64,000 nt of DNA from an uncultured Chromatiaceae bacterium (lineage in GTDB: Bacteria; Pseudomonadota; Gammaproteobacteria; Tenderiales; Tenderiaceae), in NCBI GenBank assembly GCA_945787785.1, contig CALZIO010000007.1, positions 14,946 through 78,945 on the forward strand, read 5' to 3'. Of the stretch, positions 32,542 to 43,538 are shown piece after piece; within the stretch, counting starts at the first letter, position 1; every line of letters starts with the position of its first letter. The translations under genes were made by a program, and so were the position numbers. The notes beneath the pieces are model-generated. The model saw only the letters and a program-made list of their open reading frames with translations, made no database searches and was not told the origin of the DNA.

Positions 32542-35500
32542 ATGACCAAGAATAACACGAGCATTCATTGGCTTCGTAAAGTTGGAATCACACTTGTATT
32601 TGTGTTTGGGCTGATTAGTATCATCGCGACAGGTGGGGGGGTGACTCAACGCCAGATAGCGGGCCGATTGGACCCCAGGCTCAAGATACCGTCACGATAA
32701 ATGGTTCCGTCACCGGCAGCGGTGGAATCGCTAATGTGCAAGTAAGTGCGGGTGGCCGCTCCGTGACCTCGGATCTGAATGGGTTCTACAACCTTAGCGA
32801 TGTTCCTGTCCCCAGTAGTGGCTTACTGGTTTTGACCTACGAGAAAGATGGTTACGCCACTTTTCAACGCACCATCCCGGTTGCAGCCAATGAAACCTAT
32901 TCGGTCACTGCTAAACTGCTTCAGTATCATTATTCAGAGCCAGTCGATGCGACCAACGAACAAAATCTTGTTGTAGGTGATCCGAACAATCCCGGCGGTA
33001 ATCCTTTGGCCCAACTCTCTTTCCCGGCGGGAAGCCTTGGCAGCGGCAATGTCACTGTTAATGTTGCAGTTGGTGATCCGACCACTGAGGAAGGTCGTCC
33101 GACCTTCCCCGGCGATTATATGGCGGCATCCACGCAAGGTGGTGATGCAGATACGCCACTGGAAAGTGTAGTATTTACCGAAATCACAATTAATGATGCC
33201 GCTGGCAATGAGATCACCCAGGTGAGTGAGGCGGTTAGTGTAACCCTGCGCTTGCCCGACAGCCTCCAGAGTGTCTACTCCGCCGGCGATACCATCGAGT
33301 GGTGGTCCTATGACGAAGTCAATGGCAGCTGGATTCGTGAAGATGCTGATCCCGCGACGCCGGATTTTGTCGATGACGCATTAGTTATCAATCAGGGCAG
33401 TGTGCTTTATGCTCAGGCCAAGGTAACTCACTTTACCTGGTGGAATGTCGACGCACCGATGGATCAACATGCCTGCGTGTGCACTATAGTAGTGGGTACG
33501 GATGACCTGCCGCTGGCGGGTGAGCAATTGATCGCGGAGGGAATTACCTACAATGGCCGCTCCCGTCCTGCCAGCACTGGTGCTGATGGTAGGGCTTGTG
33601 TCACCGTGAAACGGAGCAGCGATAGCGTTACTGAGCAGATTCGTTTGTTCGTTGAATCGGGCTCGGTGAAGTTTCATTACGATGTCATTGATTCTGCTGA
33701 GGGTGATGTAGGTAGCAATGCTATTTTTACGCCTACAATCGAGGGCAGCACGATCTTCAATACCGGTCAATGTGTGGATCTTGCCAATAATATTGCCTTG
33801 CGATACGACGGGCGCGTGACCGGTCAGGTTACTCTTAAAAGCACCGGTGCCCCCGTCGCCGGATATTTGATTAACTCCGATTTTGGTCCTGCCGCGACTA
33901 CCAACAATGATGGTAACTATGAATTGGAAGTGCCGTTGGGTGTGCCGGTTACACTCTTCGCCGTCGGTCAGGTGGCGCAGACCGTTACCGTCCAGGATGC
34001 GAACACGCCGCAGGTGGTGAACTTCACTATCGATAATCGCAATCCGGTGATCGACAGTGTTAACCGTGTTCCGGAAGGCAGCGTGACCAATAACCAGGCT
34101 GTGAATCTCACCGCCGCAGCCCATGACGATGATGGCGATGCCGTTACATTTAGCTGGAGCGCGGATCAGGGCAGTTTCAATACCACCAGCGGTTCATCCG
34201 TAACCTGGACAGCACCTGCGGCCGGTGCCGGGACGGCCACGCTAACCCTGACGGTAGCAGACGGCAACGGCGGCATAGCCACCCAGAACATTTCTATCGT
34301 CTATGCCGGTGGAGTACCCAGCGGCAATTCGCTGAGCTTTATCTTCAAAGATGACGTCAGAGGTGATCAGCCCGTCGCTGGTGTGGTGGTGGCGCTGTAC
34401 AATACCGATAATGTCACCATTGCCCAGACCAAGACCAGTGGCGTCAACGGCGTCGTGGATTTCGGTGATATTGGCCGCTCACGGGCCAGCTTTACAATTG
34501 TGTATGAATTGTCCACTACGTTTGGTTCTGCCGGCATGATCGATTCGTTTATGGATATGCCAGCTGCCGATAACATCGTCTACTACACTGAAGAGGATTT
34601 TGGTGAGGAGACGGGCACAAGCGTCGCAACAGTCAATTACGCTTTGAGCGCTGCGCCGGCCAATGCAGGTCTGACATCGATCGAGCCCGGATTAGCATGG
34701 TGGAGTTTTCCATTAAATGCCGGTCAGCTTACCAACCAGACCGTACTTGACGGCTATCTGCAAGACGATGGCAAACTAAGTTTATTAGCAATGGTCAACA
34801 GCGCCACTAATACTGATCAGTTGATTGGCTACGGTTATCTGTTGGATCAAACTGTCACCAATGGCGCGACATACGATATTGCGCTAGACACCGCGCCGGT
34901 AACGACTGGTTGGACTACCCAACCCGCCACTAACTTGAATATGATCGAAATCGAAGCGGCTCGTGGCGGTATTGATTACTACAGTGTCGGGGGGATAGCT
35001 GAGTTTTTTAGTGGTCTTGGCAGTTCAGGCAATATGCCAGTCGCCACCGAATTTCCAGCAGACTATTATTGGGTGTTTGGCGGAGCCGGGACAGAAGCGT
35101 CCGGATTCGAAAGCTCCAAACTTTACAACACCCTGCCGCAGTCGGTGGAATTACCCATCCCTGACTACAACTTCAGCAACGTTGTGTTTAATGATGCCTC
35201 TAACACCCTGAGTTGGAATCTTTCTGGTTCCACATCTCGTGATCTGGTTAATATCAATATTGAGGCTTTTGTTATAGGCGCAGGTGAGCAGTTTGTAAAT
35301 TGGTCTGTTGTGATGTCGCCGTTGGGTACGACCTGGCAAGTAATGCAGTTACCGGCGCCTGCCAACACCTGGATTGATACGGCAACAATGGATAATGTTG
35401 TCGCGGCGCAGATCATGGCAGTTGATTTCGACTTTCTCTCCGGCATGGACCAAACCTGGCAATTCTTCATCAGTGGTGGCTCTTTCGATAAAACTGCTAA

Positions 35501-35654
35501 TCAGATCTTAACAGGTTGGACTATGGTGCCAGACCAGGGCGTACCGGCTGCTCTGACACAAGCTGCAGCATCGCTACGCAAAACTGAGCCTAAAGCGTCA
35601 GTTGAGAAAAAACGTAATATGACACCAGGGTTGTCTAACCTGCGTAGACAGTAA
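32542..35654 (+). CDS. Large beta-sandwich surface protein (carboxypeptidase-regulatory-like and Ig-like domains), frameshifted at a G7 tract after the N-terminal leader
   Basis: ATG 32542 after AGGGAG gives MTKN...GLISIIATGGG; one extra G at 32635-32641 joins it to the 972-aa ORF; TSD.NG.Y and N.NP.I....D.DGD..TFSW motifs. Confidence 0.75.
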
Positions 35655-35661
35655 GTAATAG

Positions 35662-35689
35662 AGGGTGGGCATGATTTTATGCCCACCCT
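35662..35689. repeat. REP-like palindrome, same family as 54133-54206
   Basis: AGGGTGGGCAT-GATTTT-ATGCCCACCCT just after the stop codon. Confidence 0.6.
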
Positions 35690-35791
35690 TTAACCTGAAA
35701 TGCGGTTTTATTCCCAGCGTAAAATCAATTATTGCGATACAAATTAAATCTCCCTTAGTTCTTGGTTGCTCTTAATTCAAAGAGGAGGGAT

Positions 35792-35834
35792 AAAACAAAA
35801 AAGCCGCGCCATAAAGGCAGGGCTTTTTGTTTTT
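35792..35834 (-). terminator. Stem-loop terminator after the displaced acnB 3' fragment
   Basis: AAAACAAAAAAGCC...GGCTTTTTGTTTTT, imperfect stem with A/T tails on both sides. Confidence 0.55.
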
Positions 35835-35869
35835 CGAGTTATTTCCGGAGGAACTCGAGTCGGCGAGTA

Positions 35870-36163
35870 TTAGGCGGCGTAGATGGGAATCACCTTCTCT
35901 GCTTCCTTCTGATACTCCTCAATCTCATTGAAGTTGAGATAGCGGTAGATATCATCCGCCATAGTGTCGAGTATTTTCACTGCATCAATGTATTCTGCGA
36001 CACTGGGGTTTTTGCCCAGCTGGGCGCACACAGCTGCCAGCTCGACCGAGCCGAGATAAACGTTGGCGTCAATCCACAAGCAGTTAGAAAAGTTGCGTGT
36101 AGAGGTTGAGATCACAGTAATGCAGACAGTCAAGCAGTCGGTGAAACGAGTTTGGTTGCCCAA
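35870..36163 (-). pseudogene. acnB: Diverged duplicate of the acnB 3' end
   Basis: Translation aligns with the last ~93 aa of AcnB ([40 protein letters not shown]); 5' part decayed. Confidence 0.88.
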
Positions 36164-36187
36164 TCAGAAAGATCCGCGGTTACTTGG

Positions 36188-38140
36188 TCAGGCGACGCGC
36201 GCGAGTACCATAAGCTGGTAGGGTTCAATCACGAGTTCCTGAGTCGCGGTGATTACACGCCCAGCATAGAGATCAACCATAGTTTTACGCATGCCCATCT
36301 GCCGTAGGCGCCGGGCCTCGAGACGTTGCTCCAGTTCACTGAAGTTGGCCAGCACAAAGACCATGTGCTGCCCGTTACTTCTAAAGAAGCCGAACACCTG
36401 CTTATTGCCGGTCTGTACGAACTCCGTTTCGCCACGGGCGAAAGCCAAATTTTGGCCGCGGAGCTGAATGAGGCGCAGCAGCCCCTGATAGACGTGCCCG
36501 GCGGGTGATTCAAGTTCGCGGCGCTGTTCAGCCCGTTCCCAGTCGAATTGCGTGCGGTGCAGCCAACGTGAGTCGCCCACCTTGGCAGGATCCTTGTCAT
36601 AGCCATATTCATTGAGCGTAGCAATCTCGTCGCTGAGATAGATAAGAGGAATCCCCCCCATTGTGATTATTACGCCGTGGATGAGCAGGGTGCGCCTCAC
36701 TGCAAGCTCCAGCCCGGTGTCATCCTGCTCCGCGAGTGCCTTCTCGATGCCCGTGAGTGAGGAGCAGGTGCCAGAGACACGGGCTTGTCCAGTGCGGGGG
36801 TCTTCCTGGAAGGGTGCGCCATGGGCGAAGCTGCCATCGAAGTGTCCAGTGTAGAAATGCGTCAGGAAGCGGCGGTGCTCGTCTGGATCGAAACCGAAGG
36901 CCTGCACATCATCATTGGCAAATGTCCAGCCAATGTCATCGTGGCAACGTACATAATTCACCCAGCAGCAGCCTTCCGGAATGGTGTAGCGGTGCCCCAT
37001 GGCGTAATGAAGCACACGCGTGTCCCGGGTAGCAAGTGCCTCCCACAGCAAGGCCATTAGTTGTGGATTATAAGAGAGCTGGCATTCACCCATGTCGATA
37101 TATTTATTCACTTCGTCTGGGTGCACGATGGCCTCGGATTTAAACACCATTGCTGGTGCAGCGATACTAGCAATGGCGTTGAATGCCTGGATGATCCAGT
37201 GGGCCTCTGGCAGATTTTGCGAATTGGTTCCAAGCCGCTTCCAGATGAAGGCAACGGCGTCCAGGCGCAAAATCTCTACCCCTTGATTGGCGAGGAATAG
37301 CATCTCCTCCAGCATGCGGTTGAACACCTGCGGGTTCTCATAGTTAAGGTCCCACTGATAGGTGTGGAAGGTGGTCCATATCCATTTTTTAATGCGGGTT
37401 CGATAAGTGAACGCTCCGGGATGATCCTCGGTGAATACCTCCGGCATAGTGCGCTCGAATGCGTCAGGCATCTCCCGGTCGGGATACATGCGATAAAAGG
37501 CTTGGTACTCCTTGTCACCGGCCAGGGCCTGCTGTGCCCACTCGTGTTCATCCGAGGTGTGGTTGAAGATAAAATCAAGAACCAGGGAAATGCCGTGGTG
37601 ACGTAGTTCCGTGGCGAGCGCCGCCAGGTCTTCAGTAGTGCCCAGTCGTGGGTCTATCTCGCGGTAGCTGCTGACCGCATAACCGCCGTCGTTATCGCCG
37701 GCTGGGACTTTGAATGGCGGCATAAGGTGCAGATAGGTAATGCCGAGTTCAGTAAGTTAGGGTATGCGCTCACGCAGTCCCTTAAGGTTTGTTGCGAAAA
37801 GATCTACATAGCACATGGCTCCCACCATGCGATTCGAGTGATACCAGTTCGGATCTGCTTCTCTCAGAGCATCCAGCGCTTTTAGCTCGGCCGGGCGTTC
37901 CAGCCACATCTCGGTCGCGGAAGCCAGCATGCTCTCCAGATGATAGTAGAAGTCGTAGTGCGTGCCGTAGAGGCCATGAAGGCGCTCGAACAGACGCGGG
38001 AAGTGTCGTTTAATCCGTTGTGTATAGGCCTGCCATTCAACAGCATCCGTTCTGTCTTTAAAGCGGGTCTCTATCCGCGGCAAGAGTCGCTTAAGGGCTG
38101 TGGCGCTATGTTCTTGCAGCCAGTCTTGGCTATTGGCCAT
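36188..38140 (-). pseudogene. Amylosucrase-like GH13 enzyme with one in-frame nonsense codon
   Basis: AGGAGG RBS, ATG 38140; YVDLFA, DGGYAV, DFIFNHTS, RLDAVAF, KSEAIV and VRCHDDIGW motifs; TAA at 37757-37759 within RIP*LTELGITYLHLMP. Confidence 0.88.
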
Positions 38141-38378
38141 TGATCCTCCTGTTTGGGTTTTCATGATGCAGCATTGCGCGTGCATAGAGCAAGTTACGTG
38201 GTGTTAGGGTTGCTCGTGTTTCGGCCCACTGGCTAGGGATATGGCTAAAATGTGATTGGTGCGTTGCGCGTCGCGCAAATAATAATTGTTACTTATGTAT
38301 TTGGACTAAACCCACAGTGGGTGATATTTAACACCTCACCTTGCCCTCTCCTCTTCAAGAAGAAAGGGCATAAAGGCG

Positions 38379-40943
38379 CTAAGCCGCAACGATCGGAATT
38401 ACCTTCTCTGCCACTTTTTGATACGACTCAATCTCATTGAAGTTGAGATAGCGGTAGATATCATCGGCCATGGTGTCGAGCATTTTCACCGCATCCATGT
38501 ACTCAGCCACAGTGGGTATCTTGCCCATCTGGGCACAGACCGCGGCCAACTCGGCTGAGCCGAGATAAACGTTGGCATCTTTACCCAGACGATTGGGGAA
38601 GTTACGCGTCGAAGTGGACATGACAGTAGAACCATCTGCTACACGTGCCTGGTTGCCCATGCACAGCGAACAACCTGGCATTTCGGTACGGGCACCCGCT
38701 TTGCCGTAGATGCTGTAGTAGCCTTCTTCGGTGAGTTGATGGGTGTCCATTTTGGTCGGTGGGGCAATCCATAAACGTGTTGGCACGGAGCCACCAAAGG
38801 CTTCCAAGACTTTGCCTGCCGCACGGTAGTGACCGATGTTGGTCATGCAGCTGCCTATGAAGACTTCATCGATCTTGGTGTTGGCCACTTCAGACAACAA
38901 CTTCACATCGTCCGGATCATTGGGGCAGGCGACGATGGGTTCCTTGATGTCAGCCAGGTCGATCTCGATGATCTCGGCGTATTCGGCGTCGGCATCGGCT
39001 TCCAGCAATTCAGGCTTGGCCAACCAGGCTTCCATGGCCTCGATACGACGGCTAATCGTACGCTTGTCTTCATAGCCGTTGGCGATCATCCACTTCAGCA
39101 GAGTGATATTTGAATTCAGGAATTCAATGATGGGTTCTTTACTCAGCTTGACGGTGCAGCCGTTGGCGGAGCGTTCGGCCGAGGCGTCTGACAATTCAAA
39201 GGCCTGTTCGACCTTGAGATGTTCCAGCCCTTCGATCTCCAACACGCGACCTGAGAAGACGTTTTTCTTGCCCGCCTTTTCAACCGTCAACAGACCTTTC
39301 TGGATCGCGGCGTAAGGAATGGCGTTGACCAGATCACGCAGGGTGACGCCGGGCTGCATCTCGCCTTTAAAGCGCACCAGCACCGACTCAGGCATATCCA
39401 GCGGCATGACGCCCAGGGCGGCACCGAACGCCACCAGACCGGAACCGGCCGGAAAACTGATACCAATCGGGAAACGGGTGTGTGAGTCACCGCCAGTACC
39501 AACGGTATCAGGCATCACCATGCGATTGAGCCAGGAGTGAATCACGCCATCACCAGGACGCAGGCTGACGCCGCCGCGATTTTGGATGAATTCGGGCAGT
39601 TCGTGCTGCAGATTGATGTCTACCGGCTTAGGATAGGCGGCGGTATGACAGAAAGACTGCATCACCAGGTCCGCCGAGAAACCCAGGCAAGCCAGCTCTT
39701 TAAGTTCATCACGGGTCATGGCGCCAGTGGTGTCTTGTGAGCCGACCGTGGTCATGCGTGGTTCGCAATAGGTGCCGGGACGCACGCCCGCAATACCACA
39801 GGCCTTGCCGACCATCTTTTGTGCCAGGGTGAATCCCTTGCCGGTATCAGCGGGAACGTCGGGACGCATAAATGTTTCTGAAGGTTTCAGACCCAGGGCT
39901 TCGCGAGTTTTGTCGGTTAGTGAACGACCAATAATCAGCGGGATTCGGCCACCGGCGCGGATTTCGTCCGGCATGGTGGAGGGTTTCAGATCAAAGCTGG
40001 AAATCACTTCGCCGGCTTCATTTTCGATCACGCCATCATAAGGTTTGATCGTAATCACATCGCCCATATTGAGTTTGCTCACATCGCACTCAATGGGCAG
40101 GGCGCCGGAGTCTTCGGCAGTATTAAAAAAGATCGGGGCGATCTTGCCACCCAATATTACGCCACCCTGGTGTTTGTTGGGTACGTAAGGGATCTCGTGG
40201 CCCATGTGCCACAGCACGGAGTTAATAGCAGATTTACGCGAAGATCCGGTGCCGACCACATCGCCGACATAGGCCATTGGGTGGCCTTTCTGTTTCAGTT
40301 CTTCGATCTTGTTTAAACCATCAGGCATCTTACTGATCAGCATGGCCTTGGCGTGCAGAGGAATGTCGGGGCGGCTCCAAGCTTCAGAGGCAGGTGACAA
40401 GTCATCGGTATTGGTTTCACCCTCGACCTTGAAGACGGTGATCTTGATCTCTTGGGGCATCTCGGCTTTGTTTGTAAACCAGTCGGCATTGGCCCAGGCA
40501 TCAGCGACCTGTTTGGCGAACTCATTACCAGCCTTGGCTTTTTCGATGACATCGTTAAAGGCATCGAACATCAATAGGGTCTTGGACAGGGCCGTCACAG
40601 CAATGGGTGCCAGCTCGCCATCGTCGAGCAGTGAAATCAGTGGTTGGATGTTGTAGCCGCCCAGCATGGTGCCAAGCAGTTCAGCAGCCTGTTTTTTGTC
40701 GATTAGAGGCGAGTTAGCCTCGCCCTTGGTAATGGCAGCGAGAAAACCGGCTTTAACGTAGGCGGCCTGATCAACACCGGGTGGAACGCGATGTGTGAAC
40801 AGCTCGACAAGTGCTTCTTCTTCACCTGTAGGCGGGGTCTTGAGCAACTCAATTAAATCAGCAGTTTGCTGGGCATCCAGGGCGAGGGGCGGCAGCCCCT
40901 CATTGGCGCGTTCTTGTACGTGTTGGCGGTATGTTTCTAACAC
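38379..40943 (-). CDS. acnB: Aconitate hydratase B
   Basis: [47 protein letters not shown] and [10 protein letters not shown] motifs. Confidence 0.98.
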   Translation of the reverse strand: MLETYRQHVQERANEGLPPLALDAQQTADLIELLKTPPTGEEEALVELFTHRVPPGVDQAAYVKAGFLAAITKGEANSPLIDKKQAAELLGTMLGGYNIQPLISLLDDGELAPIAVTALSKTLLMFDAFNDVIEKAKAGNEFAKQVADAWANADWFTNKAEMPQEIKITVFKVEGETNTDDLSPASEAWSRPDIPLHAKAMLISKMPDGLNKIEELKQKGHPMAYVGDVVGTGSSRKSAINSVLWHMGHEIPYVPNKHQGGVILGGKIAPIFFNTAEDSGALPIECDVSKLNMGDVITIKPYDGVIENEAGEVISSFDLKPSTMPDEIRAGGRIPLIIGRSLTDKTREALGLKPSETFMRPDVPADTGKGFTLAQKMVGKACGIAGVRPGTYCEPRMTTVGSQDTTGAMTRDELKELACLGFSADLVMQSFCHTAAYPKPVDINLQHELPEFIQNRGGVSLRPGDGVIHSWLNRMVMPDTVGTGGDSHTRFPIGISFPAGSGLVAFGAALGVMPLDMPESVLVRFKGEMQPGVTLRDLVNAIPYAAIQKGLLTVEKAGKKNVFSGRVLEIEGLEHLKVEQAFELSDASAERSANGCTVKLSKEPIIEFLNSNITLLKWMIANGYEDKRTISRRIEAMEAWLAKPELLEADADAEYAEIIEIDLADIKEPIVACPNDPDDVKLLSEVANTKIDEVFIGSCMTNIGHYRAAGKVLEAFGGSVPTRLWIAPPTKMDTHQLTEEGYYSIYGKAGARTEMPGCSLCMGNQARVADGSTVMSTSTRNFPNRLGKDANVYLGSAELAAVCAQMGKIPTVAEYMDAVKMLDTMADDIYRYLNFNEIESYQKVAEKVIPIVAA

Positions 40944-41135
40944 TTAAACACCTCTATTCTAAATATTTTTTAAATCGAGAATCGGGCGATTTTACCCTAT
41001 TTGTGAAGGAAGCACTAAATCGAGGGTATCTGTCTCGAAATGTGAGTATTTGTTAATTGCAGCTATTGAAGGGTTCGGTTTTCGTTGAGGTGTGTCGATA
41101 TCTCATGAGTTAACTATTAAGACAGGGAATTTCTC

Positions 41136-41528
41136 ATGGCAAAAGTGCGATTTATGGTGGTGGATGATCAGAAATCAATTCGCTTCTTATTGAGGTCAAT
41201 CATTGAAAGTCTCAGTGCTGAAGTGATAGATGAAGCGGAAGACGGCGAGCAGGCAGTTGCAAAGTATGCCGAGCATCGGCCTCATATCACCTTGATGGAT
41301 ATCAATATGCCAAAGAAAGATGGGGTGGCTGCGCTGAAAGAAATAATGGCAATCAATAAAGATGCGATGGTCATCATGTTGACATCCCAGAACTCCATGG
41401 AAGTAGTCAAAGAGTGTTTAAGCATAGGGGCGCGCAATTTTCTACTCAAGGACAATCCTCCAGAAGAACTACTCAAGGAGATCAAAAGCAGCTGGGAACA
41501 ATATAAGAACGAAATTTCTGCTGTTTAG
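41136..41528 (+). CDS. Stand-alone CheY-like response regulator
   Basis: VVDD, MDINMP..DG phospho-acceptor, MLTS and FLLK; no output domain. Confidence 0.92.
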   Translation: MAKVRFMVVDDQKSIRFLLRSIIESLSAEVIDEAEDGEQAVAKYAEHRPHITLMDINMPKKDGVAALKEIMAINKDAMVIMLTSQNSMEVVKECLSIGARNFLLKDNPPEELLKEIKSSWEQYKNEISAV

Positions 41529-41536
41529 GATCGAAT

Positions 41537-41854
41537 ATGGCCTGTAATCATAAAAATCCACCGGGAGTGGCGTTTTGTGTAGTTTGCGGGTGTTCCCGGC
41601 CTCACCAACGCTGTGACCGTTGTGGTGCCGTGTGTGATGAGCGTTTCCTTTATTGCGGTCAGTGTGGTTTTGCTCTTGCTGATCAAGTGCAGCCAACACA
41701 GCGTGCCCTTGTGTCCGGCAGCAATACCTACGACCTAGCTACTCTGATGGGCGCCGTGGGTAAGAAGGATGAAGTGGCCAAGATCGAGTCCAAGAGTAAG
41801 GCCAGTCAGGACGATATCAAGGCCCTGTTGGCTGCCAAGAAAAAAGGGAAATAA
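41537..41854 (+). CDS. Double zinc ribbon protein with a C-terminal SQDDIKALL peptide
   Basis: C.H.N.....FC..CG, C..CG and YC..CG pattern; AGGA RBS. Confidence 0.8.
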   Translation: MACNHKNPPGVAFCVVCGCSRPHQRCDRCGAVCDERFLYCGQCGFALADQVQPTQRALVSGSNTYDLATLMGAVGKKDEVAKIESKSKASQDDIKALLAAKKKGK

Positions 41855-41859
41855 ATACC

Positions 41860-43533
41860 ATGTTGCTTACGGACAAGCTGGTTGCTGATTTCCGCGAACG
41901 GGGTGGTCTGTGCGATGAGGATTTAGCTTCTGCCCGTTCCGAAGCAGGCCAGAATGCCTTTGATTTTGCTGTTTGCCTGATTCGCCAGGGAATGATGTCT
42001 CGCGATGAAGTTGGCATGGTCATGGGAGATTCACTTGGTTGTGCCTACATGAACCTGGAGAAGACCCTGTTTCAGCAAGATATAGTCAAAATGCTGCCGC
42101 ACCGGGATGCTGAACGCCTCGAGGCGATTCCAATATATAAACTTGGTGAGGCGATTACGCTCGCGACCGTACATCCTGAGGACATCATGGCAAGCAATGA
42201 AATCCGTGATCGCCTTGGCGAGGTGGATATACTTTTCACACTGCCCGATGAGTTGGCCGCGGCCATTTCAGTGCAATACGAATCCAGGAGCCATGTTGAT
42301 GGCCTGTTCAAGGGCTTGGATTTCTCGGTGTTGGAGAAAATGGAGGAAGGTGTCCGATCTGACCAGCAATCAGTGGTTCATGCCTCTGATGCCCTGATTA
42401 TGCTGGCGCTCAAGGAGGGTGTGTCAGATATTCATATTGAACCAAAGGCAAACCGGTGCGTGGTGCGTTTTCGTGTTGATGGTGCCCTGGCGGAGCGCAT
42501 GGTGCTGGACATCAATATCTCGCATACCCTGATTTCACGTTACAAAGTGCTGGCGCAGATGGATATATCAGAGCGGCGCAAGCCACAGGATGGGCGCATA
42601 AATTTCAAGACGCCAATTAAGCAGATTGATATTCGTGTAAATACCCTGCCGACAATTCATGGTGAAACCATGGTCATGCGTCTGCTTGGTTCCCTGTTTG
42701 GTGGTGTGGAACTGAATTTGGATGAAATGGGGATCTCTGCACAGGTGCTTGATCGCTTTAAAGCGGCGTTAAAGCGCCCCAATGGTTTGGTTCTGGTAAC
42801 TGGTCCTACTGGTTCTGGAAAGTCAACAACACTGTATGCAGGTCTGAATTATATTGATAAGCCTGATATCAAGATTATGACAATCGAAGACCCGGTAGAG
42901 TATGAAATGCCCAACTTCACCCAGTCGCAGGTGAACGTCAAGGTAGGTCGTACTTTTGAATCGGTGTTGCGCGCAGCCTTGCGCCAGGATCCGGATGTCT
43001 TATTGATAGGCGAAACTCGTGATGCTGAAACAGCCAGAATTGCTGCGGAGGCGGCGCTGACAGGACATTTGGTAATGAGCACGCTGCACACCAATAATGC
43101 ATTGCAGGCTTTGACGCGATTGTTAGACATGGGGGTGGAGTCCTATGTGATTGCGCCAGCGTTGGCCGGGGTGCTAGCGCAGCGTCTACCTCGAAAGATA
43201 TGTGAACACTGTAAAGCTGCTTATCAATCTACTGAAGATGAACTGAAGCTGTATTTTCACTGGGCTGAAGACGTCAATCTGCCAACACTTTATCGTGGCA
43301 AGGGTTGTGAAAAATGTGATGGCAGTGGTTACAAAGGGCGTATCGGAATTCACGAATTTGTTGAAATTGATCTGGGATTGCGTGAACTCATTATTCAGAA
43401 TGCCGGTTATGCAGAATTGCGTGATTATGCCTTTGGACATGGCTATCGGGAGATGCGTTACGACGGTTTCATCAAGGTATTACAGGGGTTGACGACAATC
43501 GAGGAAGTGGTCAGGGTAACCTCAACTGATTAG
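41860..43533 (+). CDS. GspE/PulE/PilB family secretion ATPase
   Basis: SDIHIEP, RFRVDG, PQDGRI, GPTGSGKST, TIEDPVE, LRQDPD..LIGE.RD, TGHLV.STLH and two CxxC. Confidence 0.95.
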   Translation: MLLTDKLVADFRERGGLCDEDLASARSEAGQNAFDFAVCLIRQGMMSRDEVGMVMGDSLGCAYMNLEKTLFQQDIVKMLPHRDAERLEAIPIYKLGEAITLATVHPEDIMASNEIRDRLGEVDILFTLPDELAAAISVQYESRSHVDGLFKGLDFSVLEKMEEGVRSDQQSVVHASDALIMLALKEGVSDIHIEPKANRCVVRFRVDGALAERMVLDINISHTLISRYKVLAQMDISERRKPQDGRINFKTPIKQIDIRVNTLPTIHGETMVMRLLGSLFGGVELNLDEMGISAQVLDRFKAALKRPNGLVLVTGPTGSGKSTTLYAGLNYIDKPDIKIMTIEDPVEYEMPNFTQSQVNVKVGRTFESVLRAALRQDPDVLLIGETRDAETARIAAEAALTGHLVMSTLHTNNALQALTRLLDMGVESYVIAPALAGVLAQRLPRKICEHCKAAYQSTEDELKLYFHWAEDVNLPTLYRGKGCEKCDGSGYKGRIGIHEFVEIDLGLRELIIQNAGYAELRDYAFGHGYREMRYDGFIKVLQGLTTIEEVVRVTSTD

Positions 43534-43538
43534 CGCTA

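Noticed and set aside
35870-36163. A functional 97-aa protein
   Set aside because: Fragment of acnB with a TTG start, a small insertion and substitutions in conserved residues
37757-37759. Stop-codon recoding in the amylosucrase-like gene
   Set aside because: The codon is TAA, which is not used for Sec or Pyl; it sits at an expected Tyr, and TAA is a normal stop throughout the window
38331-38370. Degenerate CCCTCTCC...AGGG palindrome (a similar one lies at 58021-58049)
   Set aside because: Too degenerate to define as a repeat family from two copies; may simply be terminator-like hairpins
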